From positions 6,448,001-6,512,000 of the forward strand of contig OZ336877.1 of the NCBI GenBank assembly GCA_965287045.1: a DNA stretch of 64,000 nucleotides. Direction: 5' to 3'. Below the pieces are notes generated by a model. The model was not told where the DNA came from, searched no databases, and saw nothing but the letters and a program-made list of their open reading frames with translations. This DNA comes from Carcharhinus amblyrhynchos. Lineage: Eukaryota. Shown here one piece after another: positions 23,216 to 35,314 of the stretch (position 1 is the first letter of the stretch; each line of letters starts with the position of its first letter). A program made the translations under genes and the position numbers.

Positions 23216-23528
23216 AGGGCAGCACAGTGCTTAGTACAGCTGCCTCAGTGCCAGGGATCCGGGTTTGATTCCTGGCTCGGGTCACTGTCTGTGTGGAGTT
23301 TGCACATTCTCCCTCTGTCCACGTGGGTTTTCTCAGGGTGCTCCGGTTTCCTCCCACAGGCCAAAAATGTGCAGGTTAGGTGGATTGGCCATGATAAATT
23401 GTCCCTTAGTGTCAGGGTGACTAGGGTAAATGCATGTGGTTATGTGACTAGGACCTGGGTGCAATTGTGGTCAGTGCAGACTCGATGGGCTGAATGACCT
23501 CCTTCTGCACTGTAGCATTCTGATTCTG
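23216..23528 (+). mobile_element. HE1 SINE
   Basis: Head, V-domain and HER1-type tail. Confidence 0.88.
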
Positions 23529-23855
23529 AATGGTGGGTGTATTACAGTTGACCATTATATGGCAGATCATGGAGGAGCAGATTCATTTCACCAGTTTCCA
23601 CATTTGTCTCTCTACATGTCAATCCCTCACAAAGATAGCTTGTTTCTTCCTTGAACAGTGACTACCTAGTTTTCAAATGTTACCACTTTCCTCTGCCTGG
23701 CAGAACCTATAGTCACGTTGAATATTTTGTTCAGATAAAGATGTCACTATAGGAACCTAAATTGGTCCTTGCCTTCTGTGAGATATGTTGAACACTCCTT
23801 GTTCCACTCAGGTCTGTCCTTTGATTTTTTTTTTCCCCCATTACATTAAGTGTTA

Positions 23856-24240
23856 GCCATGGCTCACTTAGCAGAACTCCAGCTTGAGCCAAAAGATTAT
23901 GGGTTAAAATTTCACTCCATTGAGTTGAGAATAAAAATCAGGACTTGCTGGAGGATCAGCTGTTAAATAGCGACAGTGTCAGCCTCCTCGGATAGATATA
24001 AATGACCCGATGCTACTAGCTTCATGAAGCCCAGGGTGTCATGGCCAATATTTATCCCTCAATCAACATCACAAAAACAGTTTGGTCATTATGGCATTGC
24101 TTTTGTGAATGCTTGCTGTGTGCAAATTTACTAATGTGGTTCCAACATTACAAAAATGTACACTCTTCTAAAATACTCTGACTATAAAGCATTGTAGGGC
24201 ATCCTGTGGTTGTAAAAGGTGCTATATAAATGCAAACCTT
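23856..24240 (+). mobile_element. DeuSINE (SacSINE1/AmnSINE1-like), decayed
   Basis: TGGCCAATATTTATCCCTCAATCAACATCAC Deu-domain-like core; ...GCTGTGTGCAAAT...AAAGGTGCTATATAAATGCAA L2-type tail. Confidence 0.65.
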
Positions 24241-24399
24241 TTTGTTTTTACATATGTGTTTGTGTTGATGCTGCTTCCTTCCTTCCCTCACCATGTTCTG
24301 GAAAGTGTCATTGCTTTAAACGTTCGCTCTTCCCTCTCTTTATTGTGGTCTATCTCTGAATTTTCGGGGTCCTCTCAAAAGTAGATGTTGTGTCTCCAA

Positions 24400-26880
24400 A
24401 CAGTTAGTTTGTTGGCACAATATATTGATTCTCACAACTGCTTGAGTCATACTTCTTCAGACCCCAAGGACACCATTCCTTTTTCTGTTTTTCCATCTCT
24501 GCTGAATCTGGTTAATATCTCCTGCCGCATCAGAACTTCCAAAACGTCCTCCTTGTCTTTCAAACAAGTATTCCCCTCAACTGTGATCCAGAACTACATC
24601 CTTCCCATTTTCTGTGCTTCTGCTGTCACTCCTCCTCTTTCTCAGAACCATGGTCAGGTCACCCTTGTACTTGCCTTCCAATCCCCCAGTCTCTCCAGTT
24701 GACTGATTTGCTGTCCAATGTAATCACACCACCAAACATTTCTTCCTTTCCCATCTTAGTATTCATAAGAACATAAGAACATAAGAAATAGGAGCAGGAG
24801 TAGGCCATCTAGCCCTTCGAGCCTGCCCCGCCATTCAATAAGATCATGGCTGATCTGTCGTGGCTCAGTTCCACTTTCCCGCCCTCTCCCCATAACCCTT
24901 AATCCCTTCTCTTATCAAAAACCCATCAACCCGCTTCTTAAAAATATTTAGCGAGGCAGCCTCCACCACTTCAACGGGCAGAGAATTCCAGAGATTCACC
25001 ACCCTTTGAGTGAAGAAGTTCCTCCTCAACTCCGTTCTAAACCGCCTCCCCTTTATCTTGAGGCTGTGCCCCCTAGTCCTACTGTCTTTTTTGAGCGGGA
25101 AGAGTCTCTCCACCTCTATCCTATCCATCCCATTCATCATCTTATACGTCTCAATGAGATCTCCCCTCATTCTTCTAAACTCTAACGAGTACAAGCCTAG
25201 TTTATTCAGCCTCTCCTCATAGCTCAATCCCCTCAACTCCGGTATCAGCCTAGTAAACCTCCTCTGCACTCCCTCCAGGGCCAAAATATCCTTGCGCAGG
25301 TGCGGCGCCCAAAACTGCACACAGTACTCCAGCTGCGGCCTCACCAATGCCCTATACAGCTGCAGCAAGACCTCCCTACTTTTATATTCAATCCCCCTCG
25401 CTATGAAGGCCAGCATCCCATTCGCCTTCCTGACCACCTGCTGCACCTGCAAGCTGGGTTTTTGCGACTCATGCACAAGGACCCCGAGGTCCCTCTGCAC
25501 CGTCGCCTGCTGCAGTTTTTCGCCACGTAAGTAATAGTCCTTCCTACCATTCTTCCTACCAAAGTGGACCACCTCACACTTGCCAACATTAAATTCCATT
25601 TGCCATTTCCTGGCCCATTCGCCCAGCCTATCTAGATCCTTCTGCAGACTCTCCACACCCTCCGCACAATTTGCCGTTCCCCCAATCTTGGTGTCATCAG
25701 CAAATTTCGACACCCTGCACTCGGTTCCCTCCTCCAGATCATCTATATAAATGGTAAATATTCCAAAATAACAAGGACCCTTCTGAACACCCAGGTTGAT
25801 TCTTCTATCACCATCTCCTTCTTTGGCAACTTCCATGCAAGGTTAGGAGACACAACACTTGTTGATTCTATTCATCCCACATTATTGTCTAGGGTCTTAA
25901 ACATTCTGGGTGGGATTTTATGACCTTGATTGACTTGAGACCAGAAAACCCCGCCCGAGATCAATGGACCTTTCCTTTGTCCGCCCCTCGCTCGCTCCAA
26001 CTCCAGTCACGGCAGGGCGGTAGAATTCTGCCATCAATCTGTATGAGGCATAAATTTACATATACTTCTAACTTCTACAATACAGTATTTGTTGCTCAAA
26101 CAATCTCCTCAACTCAAGGAAACTAAACACCGATCAGGTGATTGCTTTGCTATTGCAACTCCTAGGTTCGCTGTTGCTTGCCATTTCAATTCTCCATCGT
26201 GCTCTGACACCTCTATCCTTGGTGTTCTTCACTGTTCTAATGAGGCTCAACATAAGCTGAAGAACTAGCAACTCATTTTCCCATTGGGTGTTTTGTAGCA
26301 TTAACATTAACAAATTCAGAACTCACCTACAGCACCCATTGCTATATAACAGGACCCGTTGACAGTGTAGAGTGGGCCTTCCAGTGTTTCCAGGGAATGG
26401 TGGGGCAGAACTGGGTTGATGCTTGGAGTAGAGGCCCTGATTGGAACATTATTGGTGAGGTGGTCGTCATGCTTGGCACTGACCCACTTTTTCCCTTTGC
26501 TCCAGTTTCTCATGTTTTTCTTTCTGATAATCTCTTGAGCTAATCACACACCTATGCCTTATTCATGTCTTTTGTTTTATTTTGATTTCTCCCCTTATTT
26601 CTGCTTTTTGTCTGTTGCTTAAATCGCTTCTGTCACTTAACCATTTCCTGTTCTCCTTACAAGCACTTAATGGGTCAATCTATTTATTTTCCTATGTCTT
26701 TTTTCCTTGCACCTCACCTGCTCCTTCTCCTTTTTTTTAAACGTTGCTTATCTGTAATATCTTCCACTCCTGAGGCAGGGTCTTAAGAATTTAAATTTCA
26801 GCAGACTGGCCCTTGTTCTTCCATAGACATTCTGACCTGCTGAACATTTTCAGCTGTTCCTCATTTTGTTTTCACATTTC
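24400..26880 (+). mobile_element. Decayed Penelope-like element (RT thumb, GIY-YIG, pLTR), split by a young CR1 and a small TIR element
   Basis: DSHNCLSHTSSDPKDTIPFS (cf. DSH.YL.YTSSHP...IPFSQF); GIY-YIG remnants GETK.R.GD.F, VACHFNSP and HCSNEAQ.KL at 26060-26320; CTGACCTGCTGAACATTTTCAGC end. Confidence 0.7.
24765..25758 (-). mobile_element. Young 5'-truncated CR1 LINE with uninterrupted RT C-terminal frame, in CCN intron 3
   Basis: ORF 24865-25836 (IYIDDLEEG...SKFADDTK...); (CATAAGAA)n tail; TATTC at both junctions (24760-24764, 25759-25763). Confidence 0.95.
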
Positions 26881-27425
26881 TAAAAGCTGCTGTATTTTGC
26901 TTTAATTTTTGACAGAAAAGTCTCACTGACGAGCCTATATTGTTTTCTTGGAGTAAGGTGGGGACAAACAAAGAAAATGAGGAATGAATGTGCAAGCACG
27001 TGTTTGTGGGGAAGAAATGGAAAACATCACCTCTTTTATTGAAACAAAGTGCTTGCCTGTGAATTCTTTACTTGGATGACTCATCATATTTAAATTTTCA
27101 TAATTGTTGTCAGAAGTTTGAATTCATTCCATGGTACAAAAGATTTATTTTTGCTTATTGAATGTAGGATAATCCAGGTCAAAGAAACCCAGTGTTTCTT
27201 GGCTCGTAACATAATGCTTCCCAGCCAAATTCCACAATGCCTTTAAATAGTTTACATTGGATAGAAGATAAATTCTCTGACATTAGAGCTACAATGCCTC
27301 CTTGAAAGACAAAACACGCGAGCTTAGAAACTAGCAATCATGGTGATATTTAATTCTGCTGTAATGGCAACAAATTTGAAAATGTCCGATGTAGCGCCTT
27401 GAAATTATCTTTTTCTTCGTTTCAG

Positions 27426-27634
27426 CTTACAGACAGGAGGCCACCTTTGAATTGGATTCCCTTAACCCGAGTCTGAACTGTATACAGCAGACTACACAGT
27501 GGAGTGCCTGCTCCAAAACCTGTGGCATGGGCATTTCTACTCGTGTAACTAATAAAAACCACAGATGTGACATGGTGAGGCAGACACGAATTTGCCAAGT
27601 TCGACCATGTGGAGATTACAAAGTCATTGTCAAA
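27426..27634 (+). CDS. CCN3: CCN3-like exon 4 (TSP1 domain)
   Basis: TTTCAG acceptor; (A)[42 protein letters not shown]...[14 protein letters not shown]; donor AAA|GTAAGT. Confidence 0.97.
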
Positions 27635-27699
27635 GTAAGTCCAAACCACTAATGCTATAAGATAGATCTCTACTTGCTCTTTTGGTAAATAACATGTTA

Positions 27700-28990
27700 A
27701 GATACCTGATGCTAGAACAACAGCTCATGTTTATGCAGTACGCTCGATGTCGAGAAAGGATCCAAGACACTTCACAACAACGTAACCAGATAAAAGTGGA
27801 CTCGGAACCAAAGAAAATATTAAGAGTCTCTAAAAGTTTAGTCAAAGCAGTGGGTTTTAAGAAGGTCTCAGTGTGGCAGGGAATTTTAGATTGTCAAACA
27901 TAGATTTAGGTACAGCAGCTTATCGAGAGGAAACAGTAATGGGGATGCACAAGAGACCAGAGTTGGAAGAAATGGAGATCTTGAAGTACTGTACAGCTGG
28001 AGAAAGTTACAAGAATGGAGACAGGCTAGGTGCTGAAAGAAATTTAACACTAGGATTATAGTTGGAGCATTGATAGACTACAAGCCAAAGGTAATGGATA
28101 GATGGGATTTGGCTGTGGGATTGGATGCACACTATAGAGTTCAATGTGAAGTAAAGTATATGGAGATTGTGAGTCTGGCCTGGAATAGATGGGTAAATGT
28201 GACTTTAACTGATAGTTGAATCAATGTTGTCTATTTTACAAAGTCACACTTAATTAAATGTTGCACATTTGTAATATCTTCCAGTCCTAAGGCAGGATCT
28301 TAAGAACAAATATCAGTTCTGGAGGTGACAAAGCTACTGATAGGAGCTTCTTCCCTAGGTAAGAGTAGCAAGAGAACAAGTTTCTGGAGGCAGAAGTGGC
28401 TTTTGTGATAAGATGTAGGGCTGGAAGTTCACTTCAGGATTAAATAGATGTTGTGCTTCAACCTGAAACAATGGGCAGGAAGATGGATGAAAGCTAAAAT
28501 TTTGTGTTTATGTAGCGTCTTTAACATAAAACATCCCAAGATTCTTCATGGGAATTTTATCAATCAGAAAATGACATTGAGCCAAAGAAGGTGATATTAG
28601 GACCAGTGGCCAAGAGATTGGGTTTTGAGAAGTGTCATAAAGCAAAAGAAAGGTGCAGCTATGGATGTGGAACACCAAAGCTGAAGGCCTAGCCAACTGA
28701 AAACATGGCTGTCAAAACTGCAGTGAAAGAAGGGGAGGATGGACAGGAGGGCCAGAGTTTGAGGAATGCAAAGGATTGGAGGTGGTTTCAGAGATTTAAA
28801 ACAAGGTAAGACCAAGAAGAGATTTGAACAGTGGGGTGAGAGTTTAAAAATTGAAGTGCTGACTAACCAGGAGCCAACATGTCAATGAGCACAGTGGTGC
28901 ACAGTGATAATGAGTGAAGGGAGCTTGGTATAAGTTAGTCTGAGTGTGCGATACAGGCAGCCAAAATCTGGATTGCCTTAAGTTTAGATA
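27700..28990 (-). mobile_element. Two decayed L2-type 3' fragments
   Basis: Similar to 7000-7255 (GACCAGTGGCCAAGAGATTGGGTTTTGAGAAG...; TTTATGTAGCGTCTTTAACAT tail). Confidence 0.5.
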
Positions 28991-29134
28991 AATGGGTTGC
29001 AACAACATTATTGAAGTTCACGCTGTATCAATCTCTAGTGTCAGTTTGCACCTTTTTTTAAACACTGTTCCAACTTTCACCTGAATTTTTCATTGGTGTA
29101 CCCTATCTTAATATTAATTGACTATTGATTTTGG

Positions 29135-29505
29135 TTTTATTTATAGTCACATGTATTAGTATACAGTGAAAAGTATTTCTTAAATGCTATACAGACAATG
29201 CACACTGCTCATAGAGAAGGAAAGGAGAGCGTGCAGCATGTAATGTTACAGGCATACCAAGGGTGTAGAGAAAGATCAACTTAATGTGAGGTAGGTCCAT
29301 TCAAAAATCTGGGAAGAAGCTATTTTTGAGTTGGTTGGTACGTGACCTCAGACTTTTATATCTTTTTCCCAATGGAAGAGAGAGTATGTCCGGGATGCAT
29401 GGTACCCATACTTATGTTGGCTACTTTTCCGAGGCAGTGGGAAGTATAGACAGTCAATGGATGGGAGGCTGGTTTGCATGATGGACTGCACTACGTTCAC
29501 AACCC
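29135..29505 (-). mobile_element. Rex1/Babar LINE 3' fragment
   Basis: Homologous to the 3' end of the element at 56975-58752. Confidence 0.8.
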
Positions 29506-30177
29506 AATATTGGGTGGTTCCAACAGGATCAGTGAGTAGCTTTCACAAAAGGGACCTTATCACTTTCTCCATGCCTGCTACCTCTCTAGTGCTCTGTGAT
29601 TGGATTGGCTAACTTAATAAAGATCAGGGATCAATCATGGCACGAGGATGAAATTCTACTTCAGCATGGTGTAAAACAGGTGATAGCAGAGCAGCCTAAT
29701 GTTTCCTTCCCATTGAAGTCAGGTGGCCAAGATGAGATGCATGGTTGATCTACTACTATCAACTTCATGTTAAACCACCCTCCCCCAACAAAAATTTCAA
29801 GTGAGATTAAAGTTTCCTCCAGGATTCCTGATTTATCATTCACTGGTGCACAACAGAGCACTCTTACCCATTAATCTACCAGCTGTGTATTGTTTCTATA
29901 AACATTTTTTGTAAAGTTTAATGCATTTCCTAAACTAGAAACAAAAATCTTTTCCAGATTGAAGGATCTGACATGTTTTCTCCATGTCTTAAGTGTTTCA
30001 AAAGCTAATGAACTTCTGGGCCCTCAGCCAAGCCTTGTTATCTATTCTTGGCTGAGAGCCCAGACATCCGTGAACCCCAATGAAAACATTGCTTGCTTGA
30101 CAATTCTAGCTTCGTGACTATTGCTGTCAAGTTCACAATTTTTTTTCCCACAAGATTGAGGTTTCAAGTGTTTAAAA

Positions 30178-30440
30178 TTTGTTTACTAGTGACACAAGTA
30201 GGTTTACATTAACACTGCAATGAAGTGACTGTGAAAATCCCCTCGTCGCCACACTGCAGCATCTGTTTGGGTACATTGAGGGAGAAGTTAGCATGGCCAA
30301 TGCACCTAACCAGCATGTCTTTTGGACTGGGAGAAAACCCATGTAGACATAGGAAGAATGTGCGCACTCCGAGCAGACTGTAACCGAAGCCAGCAATCGA
30401 ACCTGGGTCCCTGATGCTGTGAGGCAGCAGTGCTAACCAG
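30178..30440 (-). mobile_element. V-SINE with tail B
   Basis: Reverse complement of head, V-domain and tail B. Confidence 0.82.
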
Positions 30441-31179
30441 TGCTTACACTTTTAGCTCTTGAAATTATAAAGGATCTGAATGATTTATACGTTTATTGGA
30501 AATTTTAACAGTAGGAAGTTACGAATGAATTACTTTTTAAAGCTTTTTTTTCTACACATTCTATTGTCACTAAGATTCCTTGACCCATTTACGGAAACAC
30601 TTATGGAATCAAAAGGTATGGAAGTGCCACAGTTTGGCACAGGGGCATGAGATGCCATGGATAGTGGGACGTATCTTGATAAATGGAGTATGAGACCATG
30701 GAGGGACATTCCTTAGCATGAGGGGCCACAGGGATTGTTTGAGAGGTATACCTTGGGATGAGGGGCCATACAGAGTGGGTGGGGGCAAACCTTGGCATGG
30801 GGGACATGAGGAGGACCATTTGAACTTGCCTTTAAAAAATCCCCTCATGCAGACTATAACTCATGACTGTCCTGCGATGTCGTAAACCACAAGTCTTTAA
30901 AACCAGGCCTGACTCTATGAAAATTGTGGTGGACTAAGAAATGCCTATCATAGCAATGGAGCTGGCAAAGTTTGGAGTGAAGGGTGTGAGCCTGAACCAA
31001 CCTTAAGAGGCACTCCTGAAAATCAGAAACCCTGGAATTAGGATTGGGAGTTTTGGAACTCCCCATCCACCATTTTTAAAGAGCTCCCAAATCAGTCATA
31101 CTTGGTGAAAATCCAAATATTGAAAGTGGGAATGAACTCTATCATAGAACTTCAATCATGGGGAAAAGGAAAGAAAAAA

Positions 31180-31577
31180 ATTGTATTTGCAACAGCCCCC
31201 TTCAGATCCTTAGATGCCCCAAAGCACTTTACACAATCAATTACTTTTGAAGTTTACTCATTCTTAGCTAGACAAATGTGACGGTTAGTTCAAACTCAAA
31301 GATCTCTCAAACAGCAAATAATAAGCAACAATCAACCTGATTTTTGAAGTGTTGGCTGAAGGATAAATATTGGCCTTTGAGCCAGGCTATGAGATCCTTT
31401 ACCCGCAGCCAGTTGAGCATATGAGGTCTTGGTTTCGTACCTCATCTGAAGACCTGTATCTAAAACCATGTTGTGTTGTGTCATTATCAACATAGATTGT
31501 GGTAAGGTCCAGAAGTGGAGCTTGAACCCATGTCTATCTGTTTAACTCAGGCAAGAACATTACTACTGAGCCATGGC
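31180..31577 (-). mobile_element. DeuSINE-like element, decayed
   Basis: GTTGGCTGAAGGATAAATATTGGCC core (reverse complement of the 23856 element) and tRNA-like head. Confidence 0.55.
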
Positions 31578-33385
31578 TAAAAGGCAATAAATTTAGGCCA
31601 GTGTTTTCCAACATGCTGGCCACCACTGAAGGAAGTGAAAATTAAATGTTAGCTGCTACACCGCAGCTGGATGCTGTGTTGTGAATAGTTAGAGCTATTA
31701 AAATATTGTTTGCCAGATAAGCAGTCAGAGTACTGTGCTCACCTTTAATCCTGTTCCTCAATCCCAGTTCATTACTAGGAGACTGTTACAAGATTCACCT
31801 TGGCATATATTTTTATCCTATAATGAAAATGATGACCTAATCACTAAGTTTGGCGAATATAGGAATCCTATTTGACAACACTGAACTTGACTAACTTGCA
31901 GGGCTATTAGTTTTATATTGCTAACAGAAGACAATGGAATTGAGCATTGGGAACAAAGTTGTGGAGTATTTGTATGACTAGTCAAGTGATTGATAGCCTA
32001 CACAACTTGGGGTGAAATGACCCCTGACCTTTTTTAGGGAGTAACTTTTCTGGTAGCTGTTTGAAAGCTCTTGTGATATCACATACCTCTGCAGTAGTTC
32101 CAAAAGGTCAGTTCACCAGCACCTTCTCCACGGCAATTAGGAATGGGCAACAAATGCTGGCTTAGTAATGGTAGCACTTAGTGTACTTAGTTAGTGATGG
32201 ACTTTGGTGTGGTGAGACTTCTTACTGTGCTTATTTCAGTCCAACCCCAGCATCTCCACATCTAGTCAGTGAGGCCCTGAATGAATAAAATAAATTCTAT
32301 TTGTATGTCTGTTATACATGCTTGAGGAAACTGCTGTCTTAGGTGAAATATAAAGGCAAATATGGACCTGGAATTGGAAATTCCATCTGAGTTGGTGACG
32401 TTTGCAAATAACAAGTAAGGAGGACAGCAGAGTATTTTGAAGTAGATTAAAAAAAATTATAGAAGGACCAATTATAGGATACTGGGCCAGATTCTCCAGT
32501 CCTGCTGCAGTGAACAGAGATTTGGCTGAGCACCAAATTTTCCATTCTTGCTGGCAGCGGCAGCGGGGCATGACAGGCCAGAGAATCCCCAGCCCCTATT
32601 TGTAACTGAGTAGAATGAAGGCAGATCAAATCCAATATGGAAAAGTACTAGGCCTTGCCATTTATAATTATTTGATTATACTAAATGAATGATGAAGATT
32701 CTAAATAAAGACCCAGGAAGGATAGCAGCCCCGCAAAGCCAGCCTCTGACACCTTACTTTGATTTTCTATTTTTGTGTACACAATTAATAGAACCTCTTA
32801 ACTCCAGTCATGCTAATGTTATGCTATGCAGTCCAGTTTTCAAAAGGAACTCGGATGCATGCGGTTTGGGTCTAACTGTGAAATGCATTTTCATAGTAAC
32901 TCCGTTGCAGTATTAATGTAAGCTTACTAATGACACTAATAAACTTCAAAAACCAACAGTATAATAGTGTAACTCAACAATATAATCAGGTCCGAACTCG
33001 TGTTTTTACACCCATGTGTGTCTTCAAACGCAAACTGAGGAAACACTTTCTAAGAAAAGATGTACATAGTATGGTTTTCAGCTACGTTAACGTAGCAATA
33101 ATGTTTTCACTTGATGCAATAACATTTGTTGCTATTGCGAATATGGCACAAAACTGATTACAAAATTGTCTCTTCCTCTTAACTCAAACCACAAATACCT
33201 CCTTTGAATTGCATCATATATTGATTTGCAAGTTGGGCTCCCCTGCACACACACCAGAGTACTATGGTATCAGTAGCCCATATGATGCCATACTTTTCAA
33301 ACGACTTTGATAAAGTATTGTTCCTTGTAGTAACAAAATGGTATCTGACAGACATTTTAATTAGTTTTGCTTTTTTCCTTTTTAG

Positions 33386-33688
33386 AAAGGGAAGAAATGT
33401 GTCCGAACACCAAAAGCAACAAAACCCACACAATTTGAATATAATGATTGCATAAGTGTCCAGTCCTACAAACCTAAGTACTGTGGAGTTTGCAATGATG
33501 GGAGATGCTGCACTCCTCACAGCACCAAAACAGCTCAGCTGGACTTCAAATGTCCCGGAGGAATAATTGTTAAAAAGCAGATGATGATCATTACTTCATG
33601 TACCTGCCACTATAACTGCCCAGAAGACAACACAGTACTCCAAACAGACCAAGTATCTGGTCCTGAAATATTTGACTCCCTAGTTTAA
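33386..33688 (+). CDS. CCN3: CCN3-like exon 5 (CT cystine-knot domain, stop)
   Basis: Pyrimidine tract and TTTAG acceptor; KGKKCVRTPK...YKPKYCGVCNDGRCCTPHSTKT...FKC...SCTCHYNCPEDN...FDSLV-TAA. Confidence 0.97.
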   Translation, partial: KGKKCVRTPKATKPTQFEYNDCISVQSYKPKYCGVCNDGRCCTPHSTKTAQLDFKCPGGIIVKKQMMIITSCTCHYNCPEDNTVLQTDQVSGPEIFDSLV

Positions 33689-33885
33689 AAACTGGTTTGG
33701 TATGATTTAAGTGGGCTTTAATCACAGTTAGCAGGATTTCTGTTTACCCCAAGATTTGTGAAAACACTTGAACGTTTTTACTGAATTTTGTATTTAAACA
33801 ATGTTCTTGACAACTGCCTAGGTTGTAAATAGAAAACAAGTTATTGTTATGAGTTGGCATGAGAATTGTATCTGTACAGTTACAT

Positions 33886-33902
33886 ATTAAATAGTTATTA
33901 AA
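33886..33902 (+). terminator. Candidate polyadenylation signals (ATTAAA x2) in the AU-rich CCN 3' UTR
   Basis: ATTAAA at 33886 and 33897, ~200 nt after the stop, followed by a T-rich tract. Confidence 0.4.
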
Positions 33903-34388
33903 ATATATTTTTTATAAAAACACAGTCTTCAGTTGCCCAATACAAATTCAGAAATTATTTTTGCCTAGGTTTAGATGAGACAACTGACTTGAGCAGTATT
34001 TCTGGAATTTTGAGACCAGAGTATACAAAATGTGGCTAGCATTGCAAAACATGCAAACAAATAAGGTGAGAGTTGCAGTGAGTTGGATATTTGTGCCCCC
34101 TTTACTACTGATTGAAGGCAATGGTAGTGTCTACCTCTGAACCAGAAGCTCCAGGTTAGAGTCCCACCCCAGGACTTGGTGGCCAAGGAAGGTGCATTCG
34201 TAATGCAGCCATATAGGTGGAGCTAACCTATACCTCCTTCCAAAATACGCTAATGACTGGCAGTACGAGGAGACTCCTGGTCAGTCGTGCTTGCTGTGAA
34301 GTGGCACCCCTCTAGCTATAAGCCCCTAGTGAGACTAGAGATTTGTTCCGGAAATTACTAGCTATAGAAACAACTTTTTAACCTGACG

Positions 34389-34650
34389 CTATGAGATGTC
34401 AAGGGGTCCAGACTCAATGTTGTGGTCTCCAAGGGCAAATCCCTCCAGACTGTTTACCATTGTGCCTCCATCTCTGGTGGATCTGTCCTGCCGATGGGGC
34501 GGGATATACCCAGGAATGGTGGTGTCAGGAATATTGTGAGTAAGTGATGCTCCCATAACTATACAATGTCGGGCTGTTGCTTGACATGTCTGTGAGACGA
34601 TTCTCCCTATTTTGACACAAACTCCAGATGTTAATAGGTCTGTGTAGAGT
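34389..34650 (-). mobile_element. CR1-group LINE endonuclease N-terminal fragment
   Basis: TTIPGY...HRQDRSTRDGGTMV APE motif (R.DR...GGG). Confidence 0.7.
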
Positions 34651-35314
34651 AAACTGGATTGGGTGTCCCATTGCCTAGGATGCTGCTGGGTCATCCATCC
34701 AGTTTATTTTCTCTTAGGCTTCACAAGAGTTTGATATAACTTTGAAATAGCCTGACAAGTCACAGGGCATTTAAGGGTCAACAACATTGCTGTGGGTCTG
34801 GAGTTGGACGTAAGGTCAGCAGATTTCCTTATAGCGCATGAGTGAATCAGATGGATTTCTTAACATCATTCAACAATGGATTTGTAATCACTATTAGGCT
34901 AACTTTTAATTCCAGAGTTATTAATTGAATTTTAATTCCACCAGTTGCTGTGGTGGGATCTGAACCCATATTCCCTGAACATTGACTGGAAAATCTGGGT
35001 TACTAGTCCAATGGCATTGCCACTATCCCAAATATGTTGATAAGGTATTAGGGTGAGATGAGGGAAGGTGTGCAATAGCTCATCTGGAACATAGTTGTGT
35101 TGGGCTAAATGTCTTTCTCCTATGTTGTAAATGCTGTGTGATTCTATTTAATCTAAATGTTCCAGCTCTCTGTGAGGAAACACACCCCAGGAAATACATA
35201 CAGGCCAGAACTCTACCACCTTACCTGCCATGGAGTTGGCGAGAGTCTGACAACAGAAATCTCCATTGACCTCAGATGGAAATTTCCGGTCTTGCTTGAG
35301 CAAGGCCATAAAAT

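Larger units (their letters stand above)
16773..33688 (+). other. CCN3: Complete 5-exon CCN family gene (CCN3/NOV-like), join(16773-16823,16997-17216,22134-22385,27426-27634,33386-33688), 344 aa
   Basis: All introns are GT-AG with consistent phases 0,1,1,0; 1035 nt CDS; 38 conserved Cys (12+10+6+10). VWC and hinge (PRCNLDVLLPGPDCPFP, GGFAMAAYRQEAT) are NOV-like. Exact orthology within CCN2/3/5 is uncertain. Confidence 0.85.
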
